From Bacteroidota bacterium (GTDB lineage: Bacteria > Bacteroidota > Bacteroidia > Chitinophagales > LD1), in assembly GCA_026391075.1 (NCBI GenBank), contig JAPLES010000005.1, forward strand, positions 72,660 to 136,659: a DNA stretch of 64,000 nt, given 5' to 3'. Made by a program: the position numbers and the translations under genes. Under the pieces are notes generated by a model. It saw only the letters and a program-made list of their open reading frames with translations. It searched no databases and had not been told where the DNA came from. Positions 17,738-28,635 of this stretch are shown one piece after another (positions within the stretch are counted from its first letter, which is position 1; the number at the start of each line of letters is the position of its first letter).

Positions 17738-19213
17738 GTGAAAAAAATCTTCCATCTTCTTTTAGTGTTTAGTATTCCCACGGTGGTTTTGTTATTAAGC
17801 AATTGCCGAAAAGAACAATTTGGCAAAGGCAATCTTTCGTTTAGTACCGATACGCTTACGTTTGACACTGTTTTTACTTCACTTGGTTCTACCACCAAAT
17901 ATTTCAAAGTGTTTAATACCGATAAGAAGGCGGTGAAGATTTCGAATATTCATTTGGCGCATTTGGTAGGAACGCAGTTTCGCATTAGTGTAGATGGTTT
18001 GCAGGGCGATAATTTTAATGAAGTGGAAATTCCTGCAAAAGATTCGGTTTATGTTTTTGTAGAGGTAACCGTAAACCCTACCAGTGCCGCCACTCCTTTT
18101 TTAATTATTGATGATGTAGAGTTTACCGCCAATGGTGAAACTTCAACCGTTCACTTGCAGGCATTCGGGCAAAACGCACATTTTCATTATGGACAAATAA
18201 TTAACGGAGCCGAAACATGGAACAACGATTTGCCGCACGTGGTTATCAGTCACGATACCGTGCCAGGTGTATATGTAAAGTGTGGCGGTTCGCTCACGAT
18301 AAATTCGGGCTGCAAAATTTTCTTCGCTAACAACTCTGCCTTGTTTGTTGAGGGAACTTTAAATGCTAACGCTATAAGTTGGACAGACTCTATTGTTTTT
18401 CAAGGTGTGCGCCTCGAAGAATATTATAACGACAAACCCGGGCAATGGTTTGGAATTGTTTTTTTGCGAAACAAAACCTGTACACCGCAAGGAAATTTTA
18501 ATCACTGTATAGTCAATGAATCTTCGTATGGCATTTATGCTGGCGCGGGATTGAGTGTTTCTATTACTGATTATTTGGGTGCTACCGGACGACCTGAAGT
18601 AACGATTCAAAATTCGATTGTAGAAAACAGTTTGTATAACGCAGTGTATGGATTCAATGCAAAAATTTTGGCTGAGAATTCCATCTTTCATACAGCAGGC
18701 GAAAACTTAGTGAAGTTTGGTTTAGGTGGTGATTACACTTTCAATCAATGCACTATGTACAATGGCGGTTCAAAATATGTTGACCACCAAAAAGAATCGT
18801 TGTTCCTCAGCAATTTGGTTTCAGACGGAACTAACACTTACCTCGAACCACTTAAAACTACTTTTACAAATTGCGTGGTTTATGGAAGTTTAGAAAATGA
18901 AGTATCCTTCAATAATGCAGAAACGGTTTTTACCAATTTCGACAATGCGTTTCATTACTGCGATGTAAAAACCAAGCAGGACACTTTTGAATTGTACTCT
19001 AATGTTCACGACAATATTCTTTTTAATCAAGAGCCGCATTTTGTAAAAGCAGAAGAATTCAACTTTACACCGAGCGACAGCGCAGGATTTTTTTCTCCGT
19101 TGATTGATGATGCACCAAATGGTTTGTCGAATGATATTTTCGGAAAACTACGACCGGTTTCTAAAACCGCAAACACAAACAAGTTTGATCTAGGTGCGAT
19201 TGAAGCACAATAA
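17738..19213 (+). CDS. Lipoprotein with an Ig-like N-domain and beta-helix-like repeats, unknown function
   Basis: GTG start. Lipobox LLLSNC. The rest is rich in N/G/S beta-strand repeats. Confidence 0.45.
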   Translation: MKKIFHLLLVFSIPTVVLLLSNCRKEQFGKGNLSFSTDTLTFDTVFTSLGSTTKYFKVFNTDKKAVKISNIHLAHLVGTQFRISVDGLQGDNFNEVEIPAKDSVYVFVEVTVNPTSAATPFLIIDDVEFTANGETSTVHLQAFGQNAHFHYGQIINGAETWNNDLPHVVISHDTVPGVYVKCGGSLTINSGCKIFFANNSALFVEGTLNANAISWTDSIVFQGVRLEEYYNDKPGQWFGIVFLRNKTCTPQGNFNHCIVNESSYGIYAGAGLSVSITDYLGATGRPEVTIQNSIVENSLYNAVYGFNAKILAENSIFHTAGENLVKFGLGGDYTFNQCTMYNGGSKYVDHQKESLFLSNLVSDGTNTYLEPLKTTFTNCVVYGSLENEVSFNNAETVFTNFDNAFHYCDVKTKQDTFELYSNVHDNILFNQEPHFVKAEEFNFTPSDSAGFFSPLIDDAPNGLSNDIFGKLRPVSKTANTNKFDLGAIEAQ

Positions 19214-19221
19214 CAGAGTTA

Positions 19222-19345
19222 TGTCATGTTGAACAAGGCTTTGCGAAGTGAAACAAATTGTAAGTTGCTTCCCTCCGGAAACCTACAGTCAGCATGACAG
19301 TAATTTTTCAGACTTGTCATCGGGAGCCTTTGCTCAGTATGACAA
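19222..19345. repeat. Cluster of degenerate family A REP arms
   Basis: TGTCATGTTGAACAAGGCTTTGCGAAG, AGTCAGCATGACA, TTGTCATCGGGAGC and CTCAGTATGACAAAG resemble the TGTCATGCTGAGCTTGTCGAAGC / CTCAGCATGACA arms. Confidence 0.35.
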
Positions 19346-19415
19346 AGTCTCTAACAACATTTGCGTTCTAAATTCAAAGAGCTTCTTACATTTATCAAAC
19401 ACAAAATTTTTCGCC

Positions 19416-20021
19416 ATGAAAAAAATCTTCTACTCACTCCTTCTTCTTTTAAATTTCTGTTTCTTAATTCCATCAGCACAGGATGTAGCCGCACTCGAAA
19501 CTTTTGAAAAAGCCATGAAGCCCGGAGCCGTGCTTACTTACGATGTAAACATGGCCGGCAAAAAATATCAGTTCATTGCAACCATAAAAAAACTGGGTAG
19601 CGAAATTGCCTTCGATTGGAAAATGACCGAGCCTATCAATAAAACAGGAAGTGTAATCATGAGTGCCAACGCTATTTCAAAAGCCGATGGACTGTTTAAT
19701 TATTTTACCGGTGGCGAAACGAAATTGGAAAAAGAAACTTCCATGTTTATCAGCGGAAAAATTTTTAATGATGCAGCTACTACTTTTCAGGCAAGCTTGA
19801 AAGTAAACGGGCAGAGCGACACCGCTACAGTTTTGAGTAGTACCGTTGCAGAGCTAGGTGTTACGGTAAACGGAGATTTTCTTTCTATTCCCGGTATTGA
19901 ACTACAAGGCGGCAGCGAAGTGAAATATACGATTGGTGTGGTAGAAACGCAAAGATTCCCACTCATCACGCGTATGGATTTAGGTTGGACGATTCAGTTA
20001 ATGGAAATAAAAAATCCATAG
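19416..20021 (+). CDS. Secreted hypothetical protein
   Basis: The ATG at 19416 gives signal peptide MKKIFYSLLLLLNFCFLIPSAQD. The longer ORF-track start at 19248 runs through REP remnants. Confidence 0.5.
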   Translation: MKKIFYSLLLLLNFCFLIPSAQDVAALETFEKAMKPGAVLTYDVNMAGKKYQFIATIKKLGSEIAFDWKMTEPINKTGSVIMSANAISKADGLFNYFTGGETKLEKETSMFISGKIFNDAATTFQASLKVNGQSDTATVLSSTVAELGVTVNGDFLSIPGIELQGGSEVKYTIGVVETQRFPLITRMDLGWTIQLMEIKNP

Positions 20022-20114
20022 TTGTATATTCCTATACACAAGCACCGCGCGCTGGTTCATTAGTAACGTTTATAGCTGCACACTTTTTTCTTTCTTGTAG
20101 TTCGAAAACAGCGC

Positions 20115-22352
20115 ATGCTTACTTTCTTCAAAGACCTTTACTACTCTTTTCCTATTCAACTTCTGTTGTTGTCGTTTAAACGGCAGCAGTTTTTATTGCT
20201 TGCCTGGGTTTTGCTTTTTGTAATTGCTATCGGTAGGTTTGGTGCAGCAGTTGGCGCGCCTGCTGTTTTTCTCGATCCGGAATATTTGGGTGATGTTGGC
20301 TATCTAAGTTTTGCGTTAGTGGGTATTGGACTTGGTGCCATGTTTGTTACCTGGAACATTGTGATGTATATTTTGCACTCGCATCGTTTCCCTTTCATGG
20401 CGAGTTTGCAATATCCGCTTGGTATGTTTTGCCTCAATAACTTTATTATTCCACTTACTTTTTTCATTGGCTATTTCATCAGTATAACTATTTATCAAAT
20501 CAATAACGAGTACCAGAACTATCTGGAAGTAGGTACCGATTTAATTGGTGTTACAGCAGGTTTTGTATTGGTGATTCTTATCACGGCCATTTATTTCAGT
20601 TATACCAATAAAAATACCGGTAATATTTTAGAAGAAAACAAAGCCAACCTCAAAAAGAAAAAATCAATACGCAAAGTGTTTTTTAATGAAGCATTGGAAA
20701 CACAACACACCAATAGAGTTGACTACTATCTCACCAATAAATTCAATATTCGTCATACGCGTACCGTAGAGCACTACGACCCTAAATTGCATCAACTTGT
20801 TTTTCGCAGGCACCACTGGAACGCGTTTCTCGCTTCGCTGGTTGCGTTTGTTGTTTTAATCATCAGCGGATTTTTTATTGAGTACCCTTTCTTCCAAATT
20901 CCAATTGGCGCAAGCGGTCCGCTTTTTCTTTGCGTGTTGCTTTCTTTGTTCGGTTTGTTTTTGTACTGGACGGGCGGCTGGGGCACTGCAGCCATTATTG
21001 TTTTCATTTTAGTGGCGAACCAATTGACCAAGTACGATATCATGGGTTCGCAGAACCGCGCCTATGGTTTGCGTTACGATAAAGGAAATGCCCCTTACAA
21101 TCTTGAAACATTTCGTGCGCTTTCCACCGATTCGATAATTGATGAAGACCGAAAATATTTTTTACAGATTCTTGAAAACTGGAAGCGAAAAAATGTGGAT
21201 GCCCGCGCTCCGTTCAAAAAACCAAAATTGGTTTTTATCAATGTAAGCGGTGGTGGTGTGCGTGCAGGAATTTTTGTGATTTCGGTTTTACAAAACTGCG
21301 ATAGCATACTGAACGAAAAATTGTTCGACAACACTTTTCTTGCCAGCGGAGCTTCGGGTGGCATGTTCGGTATTACGTACTTGCGCGAATTGTTTTTGCA
21401 GAAAAAAAATGGATTCCCCATCAACATGCACGACCGGCAATATGCATTCAATGTTTCAAAAGATTTGCTCAACCCAATTGCACTTTCTATTTTGAGTAAC
21501 GATGCGTTATTGCCTTTTCACAAATTCAAACTTGATTCCAATACTTACTTTAAAGACCGCGGATATATTTTTGAAAAGTCCTATTGCCGCAATACAGATT
21601 TCAGATTCGACAAAAAAATTTCTGATTACAAGAGCGATGAGTTTAATGCTAAAGTTCCGTTGGTGATTTATCACACAACCGTTATGAACGACTCACGCAG
21701 ATATTTTATCAGTCCTCATCCCGTTTCGTTTCTCATGCGCCCTTATGGGAAAAACGCTGCCGATAACAATCTCGAAATTGACGGAATTGATTTTTGCAGA
21801 TTCTTCAAAAAACAAGGCGGAGAAAATTTGTTGGTTACTTCAGCCATGCGAATGGATGCTAGTTTTCCTTTCATTCTTCCCAATGCATGCTTGCCCAGCG
21901 AACCGGCTACTTATGTAATGGATGGTGGCGCGCTCGACAACACCGGAGTGGAAACTACGTTTCGGTTTTTACAAACCTTTAAAGATTGGATAAATCAAAA
22001 CACCAGCGATGTAGTGGTGATTCAAATTCGTGATGATAAAAAGCAAGATGAACCTGATGCACAGGAACAGAAAACTTTGTTTGCCCGACTCACCGACCCA
22101 CTCGGAACAGTTTATACGAACATGGATAACATGCAGGACTTTCTGATTGACCAGAAACTGAATTACATGGATGAAGAGTTGCGTGGCAAACTACACTTCG
22201 TTTTTTTTGAATACACCAGTGAGAAGAAAGATGATAAAGCCGCCATGAGTATGCACATCAGCTCGCGCGATAAAAATGACATTCTTCGCTCGCTAAACAG
22301 AGCAAACAACGTAGTGGCTTTCAACAAATTGCAAAAGCTACTAGCAGACTAA
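20115..22352 (+). CDS. Patatin-like phospholipase with a large N-terminal polytopic membrane domain
   Basis: About 330 aa with six or more hydrophobic helices. The patatin motifs follow: VSGGGVRAG (oxyanion GGGxR), SGASGGM (GxSxG) and MDGGALDNTGV (catalytic Asp DGG). Confidence 0.8.
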   Translation: MLTFFKDLYYSFPIQLLLLSFKRQQFLLLAWVLLFVIAIGRFGAAVGAPAVFLDPEYLGDVGYLSFALVGIGLGAMFVTWNIVMYILHSHRFPFMASLQYPLGMFCLNNFIIPLTFFIGYFISITIYQINNEYQNYLEVGTDLIGVTAGFVLVILITAIYFSYTNKNTGNILEENKANLKKKKSIRKVFFNEALETQHTNRVDYYLTNKFNIRHTRTVEHYDPKLHQLVFRRHHWNAFLASLVAFVVLIISGFFIEYPFFQIPIGASGPLFLCVLLSLFGLFLYWTGGWGTAAIIVFILVANQLTKYDIMGSQNRAYGLRYDKGNAPYNLETFRALSTDSIIDEDRKYFLQILENWKRKNVDARAPFKKPKLVFINVSGGGVRAGIFVISVLQNCDSILNEKLFDNTFLASGASGGMFGITYLRELFLQKKNGFPINMHDRQYAFNVSKDLLNPIALSILSNDALLPFHKFKLDSNTYFKDRGYIFEKSYCRNTDFRFDKKISDYKSDEFNAKVPLVIYHTTVMNDSRRYFISPHPVSFLMRPYGKNAADNNLEIDGIDFCRFFKKQGGENLLVTSAMRMDASFPFILPNACLPSEPATYVMDGGALDNTGVETTFRFLQTFKDWINQNTSDVVVIQIRDDKKQDEPDAQEQKTLFARLTDPLGTVYTNMDNMQDFLIDQKLNYMDEELRGKLHFVFFEYTSEKKDDKAAMSMHISSRDKNDILRSLNRANNVVAFNKLQKLLAD

Positions 22353-22436
22353 ACTTGTTGCAATATTTTTCCAGGCACGAACTCCATAAAATTTTATTCC
22401 CTATAAAAACGCTACCTTAACGTAAAATTAAAAGCC

Positions 22437-23602
22437 ATGAAAAACAAATTTTTACTCTTGTTACTTTTAGTTGCCGGCACTCAATTCAGCTTTGGGCAAA
22501 CTAGTTATCATGTGTATGATTCTATTTACCAAAGCGATTATGATTACCCCAGTACTTCTTGGAAGTTAACATCGAGAGCCTATGCCTACATTGCCAATGG
22601 TTGCCTGCACGAAGATTCGTTTCATACTGAAGCGTATGATGATCTATCCTCCACCTGGAGTCCATTTTCAAAAGATTTGTACCAATATAACGGTAACAAT
22701 AAATTACGTATGCCGAAACGATGAAGTATGTTTCGGGCAATTACCGTGGCAGCTCTAAACTTCTATATTTTTATAACGGCACTAATCTAACGGAGTACAT
22801 CACTCAACAATGGAAAACACATTTAAGTGCTTTCCGAAACACCAGTCGAAACGTTTACAACTATAACACCATTAATAAAACGGACACGTTTTTCGCACAA
22901 ACCTGGGACACGGTATCTACCATCTGGCGACCCAGTAATTTTACCAAGTACTTTTACAATATAGATTCGACCACTAGTAATGCCACCACCTACAAATATT
23001 TTACGCACCTAGGCGGTTACCGTGTTTACTCCAAAAGTGATTATGCTTATAGCGGAGGCTTGTTGAATTTAACTATGAGCTACAATTGGGATACCCTCAC
23101 CACTACTTGGATAAAAACTTCGCGCAAAACTTATACCTACAATGGACTCAGTCAAAAAACAGCAGATTTATCAGAGGCATGGGATAACATCAACAGCACC
23201 TGGAAAAATTCATACAAAGATGAATACACCTACAACGGCTCTTCCAACGAATGGGCGAGTTATGTTCTTATGTATTGGCAAAGTGGCGATTGGTCTGTTG
23301 GGTTCAAGTCAGATTATTTTTATGGCTGTGCTACTCCAAGTACTGTAGATGAAATTAGTGAAGCCGAAAAATATGTGAACGTTTATCCCAACCCTGCACA
23401 GGGAAATTTCACAATAGAAATTTCTTCGGCCGCTTTGAATCGCTATAACATGATAGATTTAGCAGGAAGAAAATTGCAAAGTGGAAATATTGAAATAGGA
23501 AACAATCAAGTTTCTGTAAACGAATTGCCGAAAGGAATTTATCTCATTCAACTTCAAGGCTCCCAAGGTGTGGTAGTGGTAAAGAAAGTGGTAGTGGAAT
23601 AA
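22437..23602 (+). pseudogene. T9SS-secreted W...Y-x-Y-N repeat protein split by a frameshift (or sequencing indel) near 22700
   Basis: ORF 22437-22724 has the signal peptide but no CTD. ORF 22721-23602 has the T9SS CTD (VYPNPAQGNFTIEI...) but no signal peptide. The same roughly 35-aa repeat ending [YF]-x-Y-N-G runs through both. The second frame is open from 22703. Confidence 0.5.
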
Positions 23603-23620
23603 ATTATCTTAGAAGACATT

Positions 23621-23663
23621 AAACCAGCACGAAGGATTTTCTCTTCGCGCTGGTTTGGTTTTA
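23621..23663 (+). terminator. Rho-independent terminator candidate between convergent genes
   Basis: AAACCAGCACGAAG / CTTCGCGCTGGTTT forms a 14-bp stem with 1 mismatch and is followed by GGTTTTAT. Confidence 0.55.
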
Positions 23664-23678
23664 TGGGTTTGATTATTT

Positions 23679-26582
23679 CTAAAGTCCTAACTCCTCCCGC
23701 AAATACTTAGCAGTAAAACTTTCTTTCGATTCTGCTACTTCTTCAGGAGTGCCGGTAGCAATTACATTTCCACCACGGAAACCGCCTTCGGGACCAATGT
23801 CAATAATGTGGTCGGCAACTTTTATTACATCGAGGTTGTGTTCTATTACGAGAACAGTATTTCCTTTTTCAACCAAGCGATTTAATACATCAAGCAACAC
23901 GCGAATGTCTTCAAAGTGAAGACCGGTGGTTGGTTCATCCAGAATGTAAAATGTCTTGCCGGTATCTTTTTTTGAAAGTTCGGCAGAGAGTTTTACGCGC
24001 TGCGCTTCTCCTCCTGATAAGGTTGTAGATGATTGTCCCAATCGTAAATATCCAAGCCCAACATCATTCAGTGTTTTTAATTTCGGATAGATAGATGGTA
24101 TGCTTTCAAAAAACTCCAATGAATCTTCAACGGTCATGTTCAGCACATCGCTGATAGATTTTCCTTTGTAACGCACTTCCAGCGTTTCGCGGTTGTAGCG
24201 TTTGCCAAAACATTTTTCACATTGCACTTCTACATCGGGTAGGAAGTTCATTTCAATAATCTTCATTCCACCGCCACCGCATTCTTCGCAGCGTCCTCCT
24301 TTTACGTTAAACGAAAATCTGCCGGCTGCATAGCCACGGATTTTTGCTTCGGGTAACATGGCATACAGCTTTCTGATTTCATCAAACACCTTAATGTAAG
24401 TAACCGGGTTGCTACGAGGAGTTCTTCCGATAGGCGATTGGTCAATTTCAATTACCTTATCAATTTGGTTGAGCCCTTCAATGCTATCATGCTTGAGCGG
24501 TTTGTATTTGCCGTTGTAAACGTAGTTATGAAGTATTGGATAAAGTGTTTCGTTAATCAACGATGATTTGCCGCTGCCCGAAACGCCACTTACACAAATG
24601 AATGTTCCTAGCGGAAAATCAACACTTACATTTTTTAAATTATTTCCGGTGGCTCCGATCAATCTTAAAAAATTGCCATTTCCAACTCTACGGGTTTTAG
24701 GTGTTTCAATTTTCAATTCACCTGAAAGGAATTTTGCTGTAGTAGAACCTTGTTTCAAAAATTCTTCGGGTGTTCCTTGCGCCACAATTCTTCCTCCGTG
24801 CTCACCCGCGCGCGGACCGATATCAATAATATAATCGCTCTCGAGCATTATTTCTTTATCGTGCTCAACAACTAAAACGGTGTTAGGATTTGATGCCAGT
24901 TGTTTGAGTGCCGTAATCAGTTTGCGGTTATCGCGTTGATGTAAACCAATACTCGGCTCATCCAAAATATAAGTGATGCCCGAAAGTTGCGAACCTATTT
25001 GAGTAGCCAAGCGAATACGTTGGCTCTCTCCACCGCTCAAACTTTTTGACGGACGGTCGAGTGCGAGATAATCCAAACCAACATCTAAGATAAAGGCGAT
25101 GCGGGTGCGTATTTCTTTCAGCAATTCTTTTGCAATAGTTTGTTGACGCTTGTTCATGCGTTCATCTAAACCCGTAAACCAATTTTGCAAATCTGTTAAA
25201 TCAAGTTTCGAAAGTTCGCCTATGTTTTTTTCATCAATCTTAAACCACAAACTTTCTTTTTTTAATCGTGTGCCATTACAACTTGGGCAACTGTGCTGCT
25301 CCATAAAACCTTCAGCCCAACTGCGAATAGCTTCGGAAGTTGTAAACCGAAAACATCTTTTGAGCAAGCCGATCAATCCGCCTTTGTTTAAGGTGTACCA
25401 TCTGTCATCATAGTCTTCTATAATTAAATCCTCATCATCAAAAACGGCTTCTTCGGTGTCGCCATACAAAATAAAGTTGAGTGCTTCATCCGGAATTTTA
25501 GAAATAGGTTCATCTAAATTGAACTTGAATTTCTTGGCAATCAAATTCAGTTCTTTGAAAATAAAATTGTCGCGCGATTCACCTATTGGCTTAATTCCTC
25601 CGCGTGCAATCGAAACTTTTTCATCAGGCAAAATCACCTTGCGGCTTACTTCATACGTAACGCCCAAACCATTACAAGTATTACAGGCACCGTAAGGCGA
25701 GTTGAAAGAAAACGAATTAGGCGATGGCTCTTCATACGAAATACCCGACTCAATACACATGAGGTGACGGCTGAACATAAACACTTCGTTCGTTTCGCTG
25801 TCGAGTAACATCATCAAACCTTTTCCTTGTTTCATTGCCAGCGAAACAGAGTTGCGAACACGGTCTCTATCTGTGTCATCAACTTTTAATCTGTCAATAA
25901 TTAATTCGATGTCGTGAACTTCATATCTATCCACTTGCATCTTCAACTTCACATCAACGATTTCTCCATCTACTCTTATTTTTAAATAACCTTGTTTACG
26001 CACTTGCTCAAACAGCTCGCGGTAATGTCCTTTTCGCCCGCGCACAACAGGCGCAAGAATGATCATCTTCTTGTCTTTGTGGTTGGTTAGAAGTGTATCA
26101 ATGATTTGCTCATCGGTAAACTTCACCATCTTTTTACCGGTTACATACGAATACGCTTCACCTGCGCGCGCAAAAAGCAAACGCATGAAGTCGTAAATCT
26201 CGGTAACCGTTCCAACCGTTGAGCGCGGATTTTTATTGACTGATTTTTGTTCAATGGAAATAACGGGTGAGAGGCCGGTAATTTTATCTACATCAGGTCG
26301 CTCGCCATTGCCAATAAACTGGCGCGCATAAGCACTGAAAGAATCGAGATAGCGTCTTTGCCCCTCACTATATATAGTATCGAAAGCCAGTGAAGATTTT
26401 CCGCTTCCCGAAATTCCTGTGATAACCACAAAACAATTTCGCGGAATAGTTACATCAACATTCTTGAGGTTGTGCACGCGCGCACCGAACACTTCGATGT
26501 TATCCGGTTCAAGACCAATGAGTTTGTCTTCTACAAGAACTTCTTCTTCTAAAATATTTTCAACTGATTTCTTCTTTGCCAT
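23679..26582 (-). CDS. uvrA: Excinuclease ABC subunit A
   Basis: Two ABC modules ([10 protein letters not shown] and [10 protein letters not shown]), signature LSGGESQR / LSGGEAQR, and zinc-finger Cys clusters ([24 protein letters not shown]). The ATG at 26582 ([10 protein letters not shown]) is preferred over the ORF-track start. Confidence 0.92.
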   Translation of the reverse strand: MAKKKSVENILEEEVLVEDKLIGLEPDNIEVFGARVHNLKNVDVTIPRNCFVVITGISGSGKSSLAFDTIYSEGQRRYLDSFSAYARQFIGNGERPDVDKITGLSPVISIEQKSVNKNPRSTVGTVTEIYDFMRLLFARAGEAYSYVTGKKMVKFTDEQIIDTLLTNHKDKKMIILAPVVRGRKGHYRELFEQVRKQGYLKIRVDGEIVDVKLKMQVDRYEVHDIELIIDRLKVDDTDRDRVRNSVSLAMKQGKGLMMLLDSETNEVFMFSRHLMCIESGISYEEPSPNSFSFNSPYGACNTCNGLGVTYEVSRKVILPDEKVSIARGGIKPIGESRDNFIFKELNLIAKKFKFNLDEPISKIPDEALNFILYGDTEEAVFDDEDLIIEDYDDRWYTLNKGGLIGLLKRCFRFTTSEAIRSWAEGFMEQHSCPSCNGTRLKKESLWFKIDEKNIGELSKLDLTDLQNWFTGLDERMNKRQQTIAKELLKEIRTRIAFILDVGLDYLALDRPSKSLSGGESQRIRLATQIGSQLSGITYILDEPSIGLHQRDNRKLITALKQLASNPNTVLVVEHDKEIMLESDYIIDIGPRAGEHGGRIVAQGTPEEFLKQGSTTAKFLSGELKIETPKTRRVGNGNFLRLIGATGNNLKNVSVDFPLGTFICVSGVSGSGKSSLINETLYPILHNYVYNGKYKPLKHDSIEGLNQIDKVIEIDQSPIGRTPRSNPVTYIKVFDEIRKLYAMLPEAKIRGYAAGRFSFNVKGGRCEECGGGGMKIIEMNFLPDVEVQCEKCFGKRYNRETLEVRYKGKSISDVLNMTVEDSLEFFESIPSIYPKLKTLNDVGLGYLRLGQSSTTLSGGEAQRVKLSAELSKKDTGKTFYILDEPTTGLHFEDIRVLLDVLNRLVEKGNTVLVIEHNLDVIKVADHIIDIGPEGGFRGGNVIATGTPEEVAESKESFTAKYLREELGL

Positions 26583-26720
26583 TTGCGAGGGCGCGAATTT
26601 ATACAAATGCAATTGCAAAAATGTATTGCGCACTCAAACATTTTATTCGGTTGTAATGACCAATTTTTATTAAACCGATTTTTCGTAATACGGAGAAACC
26701 ATTTCTATTCCTGCTTCGCT

Positions 26721-28475
26721 TCAGGCATCCTGAATATTTTGATGTAGATCTGAGTAGATCGTATTTTGTAAAGATGGTTCTTTGGTGTACACATTTATTT
26801 GGTAAGAAACATAAAAATCGTCCAGGCTTAAGTTGAGTACAAATGGCTTTGGCTCCTGAAGCACATGTGGAGTTTTGAGTGCCGCTTTAATTAATATTTC
26901 ATGCACTTGTTGCCACGGCATATCGTACCCCATAGTTACTTTGGTGTGCAAAATTAATCCGGTATCCTGTGGTTTGGTATGCGCGGTATAATTGGTTGTA
27001 TTGCTCGAAAGCACAGTAGCGTTAGGCACTGTTACTTCTTCGTTTTTTATTGTTCTTATTCGTGTTACCAGCAATGTTTTCTCTATTACATCTCCGGTTA
27101 TAATTCCAATGTTTACACGGTCGCCTACTTTAAACGGTCGCATATAGGTTATCACTAAACCGGCTATTACATTGGCAATGGCGTTTGAAGAACCCAATGA
27201 AAGTAACACGCCTAAAAAAACTGAAACGCCTTGAAACGCAGCAGAGCTTGAACCTGGCAAATAGGGAAAAATTAAAATGAGCATGAAGGCATACATCAGC
27301 ACTCGAAAAATATCAAAGGTGGGTTGTGCCCAATCGCGATGGAAGCCATCAATTTCCACATCGCCTTCTTCAACTTGCTGCGCAAAAAATCTGGCTACCT
27401 GCAAGCAGTACTTAAAAATATAGTAGATGACCAAAATGGTGAAGAAGTCCGGTATAAAATTGATGACTCCGGTAAAAGCTGATTTTGCCGGAGTAAAAAC
27501 CAAACCAAATAAGGTAGTAGCCCATTTTTCGGTAATAGGAAAAATGCTAAAGAGCAAAGGCAGTGAAAAATAAACAGCAACAAGAATCGTAATGAGTCGC
27601 GTAAAGTTGACGAGTTTGTGTGCTACCATTTCATGTTCTGCCGGAGTAAAAAGCACAAACTTGCCTATGGTAATTCCATTAAGAACATGCAATTTCTGTT
27701 TGCTCAAAAAGTTTTTGATGTATTTAAAAACCTTATTGATAAGAAAAACAACAATGCACAAACACAAAACAATCAGCAACACCCAAACCGATTTCTCAAT
27801 TCTGTCCTTTGTCAGATTGATTTGTTTTTCTGCTTCTACACCAGCTATAATTTTAGCTACTAAATCTTTAGCTAGGTCCTCACCTTTTTTTGAAAACCAA
27901 AGTGCATCTACTTCCGAAACAGTAAGTACGGTTTCTCTACTGTTATAAAGAATATGGAAGAGAGTGCCACGGTCAAGAATAGAAAGCGATTCAGCAGTGA
28001 ACCTTGGATCGCGATACATTTTCTTCATCCACTTATTTAAAGTAGCTACTCTTTCTTTTGCCGGAATCAAATGCAAATTGGCGTTGATGAAAAAGAGCGT
28101 ATCCTTAAACGGTGCCACAGGCAAGGCTGCGGCTGTAATTTTTATCAATTGCAACTTCTCTACAAGTTGCGCCTTCGCGCTTGAATCATTCATAGCGAGT
28201 GTATCTAATTCGCCCAAAAGTCTAATAGCCTCCTCACCATCGCTCAATTGTAAACGGCCTTGCAATTCTACTTTCTTAAGAGAATTTTGCTCGTTAATCT
28301 GCACCTGTTGGGCAAACAATTTTTCCACTTCGGCATAAAGACCATTAGAGGTAGAGTCAGGCTTGTTTTGATTTTGGGCAGGAGCCGAAAGCGCAGAAAA
28401 TAAAAAAAGAGCAAGTGAAATTTTTAGCAAAACCGAAGAATAACATGGCTTAGAAATTATTTTTTCTGTTGGCAT
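26721..28475 (-). CDS. Mechanosensitive ion channel (MscS family) with a large N-terminal periplasmic extension
   Basis: Signal peptide and coiled N-domain, then TM helices. The MscS core reads NVIAGLVITYMRPFKVGDRVNIGIITGDVIEKTLLVTRIRT..NEEVTVPN. Confidence 0.85.
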   Translation of the reverse strand: MPTEKIISKPCYSSVLLKISLALFLFSALSAPAQNQNKPDSTSNGLYAEVEKLFAQQVQINEQNSLKKVELQGRLQLSDGEEAIRLLGELDTLAMNDSSAKAQLVEKLQLIKITAAALPVAPFKDTLFFINANLHLIPAKERVATLNKWMKKMYRDPRFTAESLSILDRGTLFHILYNSRETVLTVSEVDALWFSKKGEDLAKDLVAKIIAGVEAEKQINLTKDRIEKSVWVLLIVLCLCIVVFLINKVFKYIKNFLSKQKLHVLNGITIGKFVLFTPAEHEMVAHKLVNFTRLITILVAVYFSLPLLFSIFPITEKWATTLFGLVFTPAKSAFTGVINFIPDFFTILVIYYIFKYCLQVARFFAQQVEEGDVEIDGFHRDWAQPTFDIFRVLMYAFMLILIFPYLPGSSSAAFQGVSVFLGVLLSLGSSNAIANVIAGLVITYMRPFKVGDRVNIGIITGDVIEKTLLVTRIRTIKNEEVTVPNATVLSSNTTNYTAHTKPQDTGLILHTKVTMGYDMPWQQVHEILIKAALKTPHVLQEPKPFVLNLSLDDFYVSYQINVYTKEPSLQNTIYSDLHQNIQDA

Positions 28476-28635
28476 ACACGCATTTGTTTAGGTTTTAAAT
28501 AAACACAGATTATTCGAATTTCGTGACAATCTTCTTGTGTAATGGTTCATTTACGGTTTCCATTTTTCGCACAAAAGCATTCTTCTAGTTTCTGAATTCT
28601 TTTATCTACTTTTCGTTTCAATAAAATCATAACGT

